Source of the DNA: Cystobasidiomycetes sp. EMM_F5
Lineage: Eukaryota
Assembly (NCBI GenBank): GCA_051047955.1
Contig: JBPGPT010000014.1
Span: forward strand, 186,001-250,000
DNA: 64,000 nucleotides
Direction of reading: 5' to 3'
Both the position numbers and the translations under genes were made by a program. The notes under the pieces were generated by a model that saw nothing but the letters and a program-made list of their open reading frames with translations, searched no databases and was not told the DNA's origin. Positions 44,871 through 54,655 of the stretch are shown here, piece after piece (the stretch's first letter is position 1; the number at the start of each line of letters is the position of its first letter).

Positions 44871-44880
44871 GCGGCTAGTG
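44871..44880. promoter_or_regulatory. Inverted motif copy upstream of the MFS gene
   Basis: GCGGCTAGTG (reverse complement CACTAGCCGC), about 135 bp before ATG 45016. Confidence 0.5.
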
Positions 44881-45015
44881 TCAAGTCGGCAACAGACGGC
44901 TTTCGAGAAGGCTAGCTGATCACGAGGCAGCAAAAGGTAAAGAAGCATCAAAGCAGCTGCAGCTCTTCGCTTGGCCATATCCTGCACCGCAACTTCTGCA
45001 CGCCTCCCCATAATC

Positions 45016-47252
45016 ATGTCATACTCACCTGATGGTAAAGATCGCAAAGAAGGGTCACTCGATGAGCTTGAAAATAATATCGCATATTCCGATGGTAACG
45101 GACATAAGTAAGCTGGCGTTTGAATCTCACGGAGGCGTTAATTGATGACCATTCCCGCCCATTAGCGTGTCAGCTCTGGACAATGCGCCTCCATCGATAC
45201 TTGCTTTGAGCGCGGAGGAGCGCGTAGCTCTCGAAAAGCGGGTCGTTCGCAAAATCGACTTCACTTTGTTGCCAATTCTCATGGTTATGTACATTCTTAA
45301 TTACCTGGGTGAGCATTACGTCGACAGCCGGCACGCAGATTCTGAGAGGGTATTGCATGACGCGTAGACCGAAACAACATTGCCGCAGCCAAACTTTACG
45401 GAATTGTCAAAGACACTGGCTTAGTCGGCACCGAGTATCAAACGGTCATCAGCATCCTCTTCGCCTCTTACATTCGTAAGCAGAGTTTTGCGATACTGGA
45501 GATTTGTTCGTTGAGCTGTACGGCACAGTCTTCCAAACGCCCTCGAATCTTGTTGCATCCAAGACCAGGTACCCTGGCATCTACATTAATGTAAGCCTTC
45601 CATATGAGTCCGCTCTGTTCATCCGCTTGCTTACACTACCTCGCAATAGGTTTGCATGGCTGGATGGGGTATCGTCAGCGCATGCGTCGCGGCGTGCAAT
45701 AGCTTCGGATCATTGATTGGCGTCCGAATCTTCATAGGCCTGTTCGAGTAAGCGCAAAAAGATGCGGCCCAGCGTGAAAGCTTAGCCCATATCCATCTCT
45801 TCGTTTATAGGGCGGCATTCTTCCCTGGCGCGGTCTTCCTGCTATCCTGCTGGTATACGAAGAAGGAACTGGCTCTGCGAACCGCTATTCTGTATTCCGG
45901 CTCTCAACTAGGAAACGCTTTTGGTGAGGACGAAAGGACACCCTTCTTCGAAGTGACCTTGTGACCGTGTCTGTGCATTTTGTTCGCAGGCACTCTGATC
46001 GCTCGTGGCATTTTGACTTTGGACGGCGTGCATGGAATCGCCGGATGGAGGTGGCTCTTCATCGTGGAGGGTGTCTTGACCTTTGGCTTCGCCATCATTT
46101 TCGCCATCCTCATACCTAATCTCCCTCAAAATTCATGGCAATTCTCTCAGATTCAGCGGGACATGGCTGTTTGGCGCCTCGAAGTTGAAGCTGGTAATGT
46201 GGATCAAGGTGTCGGAATGTGGGAGGGCTTTAAGATGGCCGTTGCGGACGTCAAGCTCTACTACCTTATGGGCATACTATCCCTAACCTACGTTGCTGGT
46301 ACGTAAAGCTTACCAACCCCCTTGTGTCACTTCTGACTTTTCTTGCTGCACAGGCGCTGTCAATTCGTGAGTCCGGCTAGGCAAATTCAGATAAACAATG
46401 CTGTTCATGCTGACGCCTCTTCGCAGCTTCTTTCCTTCGGTCGTTGCCACTCTTGGCTTCTCATCGAATAATACGCTGTTGCTCACCGCTCCCCCCTTCC
46501 TTTTCTGCACAATCGTCATGTTCATCAATGGTTGGCATGTGGGTTCAACATTACGCGACGCCGACGCCACGTCTCATCGCTAATTTGTATTCCAAACAGG
46601 CTGACAAGACCAACGAGCGTTTTCTCCACGTTTCCGTGCCTCTTGTCGTTACCATCGTTGCTATGATTATGGCTATCGCATCCACCAATACTGGAGTGCG
46701 CTACACTGCGTAAGACAATTTTCGGAGATCACAAAACACGCGCTGAACTCTCATACAGAATGATGCTCATGCCATGCTCGTTCTATTCCTCCGCTATTGT
46801 CACCCTGACCTGGATTTCCCAATCAATGCCGCGTCCCGCTCAGAAGCGTGCTGCAGCTCTTGCGATCATTAATAGCTTTGGAGTGAGTTGTTTGCTGTCA
46901 GTACGATGGCAGGCACCTGACAATGAGTTCGTCTAGAACACACCGAACATATGGTGCTCTTATCTCTACCAAGATAGCATGGCGCCCCGTTACCTTGGAG
47001 CCTTTACATGCAATATGTGAGTGATGAGCGTGCCGCAACAAACCTCGTCAATCTATGTACGCATACACTGAAGAGACGGCTGACAATATGAACTATGCTC
47101 AATGTAACAGTGCCGCATGTGGCCTTGCAATTGCTCTGGCTTTCGGACTTCGCGTTCATCTCCGCAAGCAGAATCAGCTGATGGATCAGGGCATTGTTCC
47201 GGTCGGTGTCACCAAGGAAATGATTGCTCTCGGATGGCGCTACAAGCTATGA
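45016..47252 (+). CDS. MFS transporter, anion:cation symporter (Dal5/Tna1-like) family
   Basis: KRVVRKIDFTLLP, NYL|DRNNI, AFFPG, WYTKKELALR, GIAGWRWLFIVEG, terminal WRYKL; many introns. Confidence 0.9.
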
Positions 47253-47650
47253 CGGGAAGGTAGTCTACAGATAGGTTTCTGCACGGGTTTTCAGATAAGT
47301 GATGAAGCAGCTGTGCAAATGCCGTAGGGTAGGGCAGAACGCGATGAAGCGAAGCGAATTGAGCAGCAGCAGGAGCAGTGTATCATTTAGGGGTATGTTT
47401 GTGCGTACGTCCAAGTTGTGCTCCAATATCTTTCTGCGATTGTTCGTCGCCTAGATCTGCAGCTGTGTGGTGGCAAAAGGTTTGCAGTCCCGTGATGCCA
47501 AACAATCGCACTCTACTGCTCTCATCCGTGCAACACTCTGACATGCATATGAAGCAGAAATCACATCCCGTTGATTTGGTCACATTCATTCAAGCCGTCA
47601 AGGTCACGATCTTGCCAACTCCAGACAAGCGGCTTGAAACCAATACAATC

Positions 47651-48850
47651 ATGGATGACGACGAAGATTGCGCAAAGGCAATAACATCCGGCAAATCAAA
47701 TGCGACAGCACGCACGCTGCCCTGGGAAATCATTGTGATAATTCTCGACTCCATATATGGAGAATGGGCGGCTGTTCAATCAGGGCGCTCGTCCGCCATC
47801 GTCAAAGCCAATGACGTTAACGTACGGAAACTACAGCTACGCGCCCACTATCGATGTCTACTCAGACTAAGTCTAGTCAGCTCGTCGTTTTGCAATCACT
47901 TTCGCAACAAACTGTTCACGCGATTCGATCATGCTGAGATACCGTTCCTGAAGCAAGATGCGGGGACGAGTGCTCTGTTACAGTGTTCAGGTCACTTTAG
48001 CATCGGCTCATACGTCCGTACTCTTTGCCTGCCTACCAGTACTTTGGCACATCAAGTCCCTGCGATGATTCGAACGTGCTTGCAAGTGCACAGAATCGAG
48101 CTAGACGTTTGCGACGTCCAGCGAAGCGAATGTCTCGTGGAATGTATCCAGGGTGCTCTCTCCAGTCTCCATAATCTGAAAGAGGTTCGCTTGTTACGCA
48201 TCAACTCCGTCAGAGCCTTCAGCATCGCAATGAGCCTACCTTTTCGTCTACAAAAGGCAGAGTTCGCTGGGTTTGGAGACCGAATGGGCGGCTTTTGGGA
48301 AAATCCGCACGATTGGTATGATGTCGAAGAGCTGAACCTCGTTCAGTGTAGATTTCAATCATGGGATAATCAATTCTTCACGGATCTTTTCGCTCAACAC
48401 AACGCGCGCCCGCCTTCTAATCTTCGCGTTTCAGGAGGCTCTTTCGATTTGTCAAGAGTATCCGAGTCGTGGACAAATTGTCTACGCACACTGATAGTGG
48501 AAGATGCGCAGAAAATGCTTGACTTAGGCGAACTCCGTCACTTTCGTCTGCTGCATACCCTTGCCATCAGCACAAAACACGACTTTCTCAAGTGTCAACA
48601 CAACCTGTCATATCTAACGGACGTGGTGGTCACATCTTGCAACGACCCAATGACAAGAGTACTGATAAAATGGTTGTGCCAACAACGCTTTCCAGCCCTC
48701 AGAAGGCTATCATTCGCGGCAGGTGCATTTGCACAACAGCGAGACATGCCCGGTCTGGACTTATTGAGTACGCTGGAAGAGACGCTACGACGAGACTGTC
48801 AGCTACAAGTCCTTCCGGATTACCCGCTCAAGCTGGCCGCTATCACGTAA
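47651..48850 (+). CDS. Intronless F-box-like/LRR-like hypothetical protein
   Basis: Long open frame from 47378; LPWEIIVIILD and LRLSLVSSSF resemble an F-box; repeated LxxLxL; start codon uncertain. Confidence 0.6.
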   Translation: MDDDEDCAKAITSGKSNATARTLPWEIIVIILDSIYGEWAAVQSGRSSAIVKANDVNVRKLQLRAHYRCLLRLSLVSSSFCNHFRNKLFTRFDHAEIPFLKQDAGTSALLQCSGHFSIGSYVRTLCLPTSTLAHQVPAMIRTCLQVHRIELDVCDVQRSECLVECIQGALSSLHNLKEVRLLRINSVRAFSIAMSLPFRLQKAEFAGFGDRMGGFWENPHDWYDVEELNLVQCRFQSWDNQFFTDLFAQHNARPPSNLRVSGGSFDLSRVSESWTNCLRTLIVEDAQKMLDLGELRHFRLLHTLAISTKHDFLKCQHNLSYLTDVVVTSCNDPMTRVLIKWLCQQRFPALRRLSFAAGAFAQQRDMPGLDLLSTLEETLRRDCQLQVLPDYPLKLAAIT

Positions 48851-48953
48851 CGACAGGACTGTACTTATCCTGACGTATCATGTGGCTCGTGCAGCTATGA
48901 CTTATGCGTCTCTCATGTCGAGGATGTTAGTAGCCGATCTCTATACAGGATCG

Positions 48954-50167
48954 CTACGCTTCTGCCATAGCCTCCTTCACTGCGGAAGACTTCAGCATCC
49001 AAGCCTCCTGTATCGGCATCAATCTCAGTCAAATTGAATCACTTGGTACGCATGGTTGAAAACGGACTTTGGGTTCCACATATAGCGCATCACATTCAAC
49101 GAGGCGCTTCCCTAGAATGTCGTATATTTCACCCTCAACAAAAGCTTTTCGCCCGCTCACGCTCTTGAGACGCGTTTTAACAACCAGAAACTGGTCGGCC
49201 AGCGTTGGGGCTTTGTATCGCACATTGAGGTAGACGGTCATCCCGATATTATTTGGCAAAGCGAAGAAAGCCTGTAGCATAGCATTGACATACATTCGAA
49301 TGAGCGTTTGAGGTTTACGAGATTTACGAGAATGATATCACTGACAGGACGCGCCACTGCCTCATCTAGCAGCGTAGCTAGCAGCCCACCATGCACAATG
49401 CCGTTGTGTCCGCACATTCCGTTGCCTGTGGAAACAAACAATCCTAAGTTGTCAATTGCGAAAACATTCCGTCTTTCAGCCAAGCCAGGCTCACCGACAT
49501 GGACTATAGCGATAGTCTCCTTTTCGTCTAGCGAGGCAAAGACGAGCGGGTTGACAGCAAACTTGCCGGGTCCTCTGAGTGAGAATTGGGTCAGGGAATG
49601 ACGTTTCTTGCTCTCAGGCATTCGGGAGTATGGCCGAGATTCCTTCCAGCGTTTCACTCTACTGGTCTGATCTTGCGTTAGGCTCGTAGTATAGGGAGAG
49701 GTGGTGAGGAGCTGGCCAGTAGCGGGGTTGATATATTCTTCCCTTAGTTGCTTGACAATGTCCAGGTTTTGCAATTCTCCTTCGATCTGGCGCACAAGGG
49801 CCACTCCTTCCGGCGTATCTGCAGCTGGAGCTATCGGTGCTGGCAGTGGAAAAAGCAATCTGTACCATCCTGGCGGATACAGCACACAGAGGCCATAGCC
49901 GGCAATCAACCCAAACGCGCCAACAGCCACAGCTGTCCCGAAAGAGCGCTTGCCGGGTTGCGAGGTAGCAGAGGATGAGGTACTTTGCAGCGGGCTCGCC
50001 TTTGCAGAGTCTGCAAGATATGCTGCATTTCCAGGACGTGTTGTTGATTGCCACCGTTGTCGCCGGATGTACCGGCTAGGAATCGCAGAATGGCCTACGA
50101 AGGGCAATGTTGCCTGACGGGCAGCGAACAAACATGTGCAGGCAGGCCGTAGCCGCGACAGAGACAT
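48954..50167 (-). CDS. Mitochondrial hotdog-fold thioesterase (PaaI/THEM4-like)
   Basis: Presequence and TM segment, CGHNGIVHGGLLATLLDE, TVYLNVRYKAPT, GRK. Confidence 0.88.
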
Positions 50168-51093
50168 GGTTCACGTGAATATCATTTATTATCAGGATGA
50201 GGGTTGGTTTCAAAGGCAAACGTGGGCGGTTGTTGCTTTTTCGGTAACGCCGCGCCTCAAATTGGACAAGCCAACTGCATCCCCTTGACATGCACAAACA
50301 GCAGAATTAAGCAAGGTATACTGAAGAAAATACGAGACAGCGTAACATAATCATAGCGTAACACAATCACATTTGTAATGGCCGATACTGTATATACATA
50401 TATATAACGAGCGGTGGGAAACGGAATGACATAGAAAGTAAGCCAGAATCTGCAGGAGGCTTGCACTACCGCATGGCCTTTATTATCTCTCTCTGTGTCC
50501 CTGGGATGGCCGCCGCCGTCCTCGCAGAAACAAAGCCTGAGAAGGTGAACCACCTGTTGAGCGAATACTGCATCGGCACAGGTCGCTTCACCATGCTGTA
50601 AAAGCCATCACATCATCAAGAGGCTCCACACGTTCATCCCTTTCTGCATTGCATTTGTAGGAACGTAGAAGAGGCCTTGACTTCCCGCTGCCAGTGGTGT
50701 GTTCGAACTGCGCAAATCGCAGGAATGGAAGCAAAGGGCGAAGCAGATGAGATACCCGCACAAACTCAAGCTGAGATGTTTAAGAGAAGAGGAATTGGAT
50801 GTTGGGTTGTCCCAGAAAAGATCTCATTTTGTAACGAGATGGTCAGCTGCAGCCCGCCCCACAGGACTGGTGCTCGGGGTAGGTAAAGAGTCGGAGCCAC
50901 CTCAGCCGGATATCCTGATAAGCAGAGTACAATGACCATCTACTATGTGCACGGTCCTCTCGAAAGGGCCCGAGGAGAAATTCTTCCCTCCAAATTTTTC
51001 CGGCAAAGGAAGTTTGGGGGGACGAAAGAGAGCCCTTCTGCCTATCCTCGGAGCCACGTCCAGTCCATACCGCAAACGACACGCTCAAGCACA

Positions 51094-52855
51094 ATGGTCA
51101 GTCCACTTACGCACGACACCCACCCGTAGTCGACGCCAAGTCATCCGCCTGTCCGCGACTTCGACCCGAAAATGCCAGCATAAAATGCACTCGGTGCCCT
51201 GTGCAAATACCGTTCAAGCTTCGATAATGCCGGCAGCAGTCATCATGTCTCTCTGCATAGACAGATACGGGCGTCGTTCCTGAGGGGCGGAGCAACGGGA
51301 GATGCCATGCAATTGGTTCTTTCGCGACGCTTGCTGAGGGGAATCGACCTTAATGTGAAACGAGGGAGAGGTTCGAAGCCTGATGTCGGTATTGCGAAAG
51401 CAGTATTCGGCAGTATGATGGCATAGAACCCACTTAGAGCATCAAGAAAGGATAGTTGTGTGTGCATCTTCCCGTTGCTTGCGCTTCTTTCAAGAAACGT
51501 ATGCATCGGGCCTCATCTCATTGTCACCAATGGGTGGAGGTATAGATCACTGCTATGGTGTACGAAGCAAGGAAGCGGATCTGTATCTGCTGCACTGGGA
51601 GGCACTTTGTGTCGTGGCTCGGGAAGAATGGTCGGACGGCGAAAGCTTGGTTGGCTGCGGGATGGGCGTCGGCTCACATAACGAGGCTTAGTTGCTTCGC
51701 ATCGTGCCATGCCTTGTCTATCCTGTTGCTGACGAGTGCTTCGTCTCTGCCTCTCTTTTCTCCAATTACCCAACCTTCTGCACCACTATCTGCTCCATGA
51801 ACCCCATTTCTGCAACGACGCCTGTCTTTGCGACCATCTTTTCCACTACCTCTGCTACTGATATACAGGCACCAGCAAAGAAGACCGCAAAAGCTCCAGC
51901 CCTCGGCAAAAAGCCAGTCAAGAAGACGACAAACCCATTGTTCGAGAAGAAGCCAAAGAACTTTGCTATTGGTAAGAGCAGACCTTGAAATCATGTATGC
52001 GAGTACTCACGATACCTTGCTTTCCGCAGGCCAGGACATTCAGCCCACTCGCGACTTGACCCGCTTCGTCAAGTGGCCAGAGTATGTCCGCCTTCAACGC
52101 CAGAAGGTAATCCTCAACCAGCGCCTCAAGGTACCGCCCGCCATTGCCCAATTCTCGTCAACTCTAGACAAGAATACCGCCACCCAACTTTTCCGTCTCC
52201 TCAACAAGTACAAGCCAGAGACCAAACAAGAGAAGAAGACTCGGCTTGGCAAAGAGGCTGAGGCTATCGCTGCCAACGATGGTAAGAAGCCAGAAAAGAG
52301 CGAGAAGAAGCCTCTGTTCGTCAAGATGGGTCTCAACCACTGCGTTGCCTTGATCGAGGTCGGTTTGAAAGACAGCAGTTTCAAGGGGAGGTACATCGGA
52401 CTGATTCGTTCGCTTCTCCAAAACAGAACAAGAAGGCCAACCTCGTTATCATTGCCGATGATGTTGACCCAATTGAGCTCGTCGTCTTTGTGCCCGCTTT
52501 GTGCCGCAAGATGGGCGTCCCTTACGTGATTGTCAAGAACAAGGCTCGTCTCGGTACGGTAGTACACAAGAAGAAGGCTGCAATCCTGACCCTGCAAGAC
52601 GTTCGCTCTGAGGATTCGTCCGAGCTCTCCAAGCTCGTTTCCGCTGCCAAAGCCAACTACTTAGACAAGTTTGAAGACCATCGCAAGCATTGGGGAGGCG
52701 GAATCCGGGGGAATAAATCGAAATCTATGATGCTTAGGCGTGCAAAGGCAGCGGGTATGTTGTCATTGCGCTCCACAATTGTCGTTTCGTTTGTCTTGAT
52801 TTTCTGACTTTTCGACTTTTCAGGTACCACGGTGGCCGCGCTCGAGAAGATCTAA
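51094..52855 (+). CDS. RPL8: 60S ribosomal protein eL8 (L7a/L8)
   Basis: [33 protein letters not shown]-like [16 protein letters not shown]; start inferred as CACA-ATG|gtcagt with intron 51097-51868 (start less certain than identity). Confidence 0.93.
51255..51745 (+). ncRNA. Putative structured intronic RNA element with kink-turn-like motif in RPL8 intron 1
   Basis: Nested complementary segments with sense-strand G-U pairs, GAAA tetraloop hairpin, GCCTGA/GATGGC motif; read by eye, family not recognised. Confidence 0.6.
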
Positions 52856-53144
52856 GGGTTGTAATCGTAGTACTCATTGTATCACCTTGCAGGTCTCTGC
52901 GTTGTTCCCGTCTCGTCAATTGGTCGGATTCGACTTTTGCAATGGTCGCACGTTTGCCACCCCCCTGAAGTCTCCACAATCAACAAAGTTTCCCTCAGCT
53001 GATATGCTGGTAGATATACACCGCGGCAAATGACACTCCACGCCCCTGCACATCAGCAATTCGTTCAGGCTAGCGTCGGAGAAATCCAGTTTTCGCACAT
53101 TTACATGATACAATCTAGCAGCCACATAGCGATATACTACGCAT

Positions 53145-54338
53145 TCACTTTCTGACTAGATTGCCATCTGCGTCTTCCACCAACCCTCTCTCCTGCAGGA
53201 TCTCCGGTCGTGTCTTTTTCAGACGCCAGTAGAGAAAGAGGGCCGCAGCCACCGACACAGCGATGGTTATGCCAAGTGTAGTGTACTCGATAATCTTCTG
53301 CGTGCGCGCGCTGTCTTCATCTTTCTTCTTCTTCGCTGGTCTGCAAAGCAAATTAATCAATCGCCAGGAATTCAAACGTGGTGGCATCAACGTACTGTCC
53401 GTACAGATAGCCTCTACGGAAGCTTCAGCACTGATCTTTGTATTCAGGTTATTTCGATGCTCACAGGTATACTGTCGCCAATTGATACGGTAGCGTCACA
53501 ATACACAGCAAGATAAACATTAGCCATTCCATTCCTGCGTGCGCAAAGACTGGCGTTGCATAATGAGCTGGGAGTAGACTGAAGCGTGCCAATACGCCGA
53601 TCAGGAATGGCTGCCTCTGTACAGCCCGCAGAGTCGCAGCGTAAGTGATATTTTCGCGGTCCCACTTATCCTTGAGAGACGTAAAACCGTATTTAAAGGC
53701 TGGGAACAGCAAAAATTCGCCCAGCACTTTACCGGGCTGACGATCAGTATCCGGATTTGACCTCGTGGGTATCGTCATTGCGCTCACAAGTTCCGCTGAA
53801 GATTGACACCGTCTCAGCTGACTTTGCCACTGCTGCTGTACGGCAAAGACACTCACGCAGCCATTATGAGAAGACCAACCAAGAGTGCGTTGAAGTAAAT
53901 GACGCCTATTATGAATCCTACCAATTCGTGCCCAAACTATGGGGGCCAATTCAGCGCATGGGATTGACGTGGATGAGGGGCGAACATACAAGAGGAGGGA
54001 TAGTCACTATCACTACTGCAAAACTATAGGCCAGGGTCAACCAGGTCATTAATAACACACGTATAGCGGGAAACATAAGGCAATGCTCACACAAAAATCA
54101 GAAAGCCGCCTGGCAGCGCTCTCGCTTTCAAACCCCATGGCTGTATCCAAGCAACAATCTCGTCGCGATAAACTATCGCCAGAACGACGATGACGATGAC
54201 CACCAGGAGTAGCAGCCACCAACGGAGCTTGCGCCATTGAAGATGAGATCGCCAGTTGCTCATCAAGCACGATAGTCATTGAACAGGCGCTCCTGGCGCA
54301 CAGAGTACTACAATAAGGTCGTAGATAGTCAACGACAT
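53145..54338 (-). CDS. TVP38/TMEM64 (DedA/VTT domain) membrane protein
   Basis: WWLLLLVVIVIVVLAIVY, IPPLYGP...HEL, LGEFLLF, LARFSLLPAHY, LPYQLATVY; start approximate. Confidence 0.75.
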
Positions 54339-54655
54339 ATCACGATGGATTAGTAGGGACCGGACTGCATGCGGTGTACCCGCACAGCCGTCAAAGGGCC
54401 AGTTTTGATGGTGGACTCGGAGATCCCTGCCAGCTTGGAATTGCGATCTTCGCCAAACGGCGCTTGTACAATACCATGCGGCACGGATAGATCAGTTTGT
54501 CAGTATATTATGCGCGAGCGTATGTGTCAGGGCGGCTATTGGTTGCTTTGTGAATCAGACTATCGATCAGCCTTATTTACGCGTCAAAAGGCTTGCGAGG
54601 CGAGTATTGGCCTGCAACACGACAACCCTGCTGCCATTCTCTTGAAGGCGTCCTC

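Noticed and set aside
47238..47252. C-terminal YKL of the MFS transporter as PTS1
   Set aside because: It matches the family's usual terminal (F/W)RYxL motif on a polytopic membrane protein.
51255..51745. Identity as SRP, RNase P/MRP, U3, telomerase RNA, hammerhead or twister ribozyme
   Set aside because: By eye I found no SRP helix-8 CAGG/AGCAG pairing, P4 pseudoknot, U3 box A, CUAACCCU template or complete ribozyme core.
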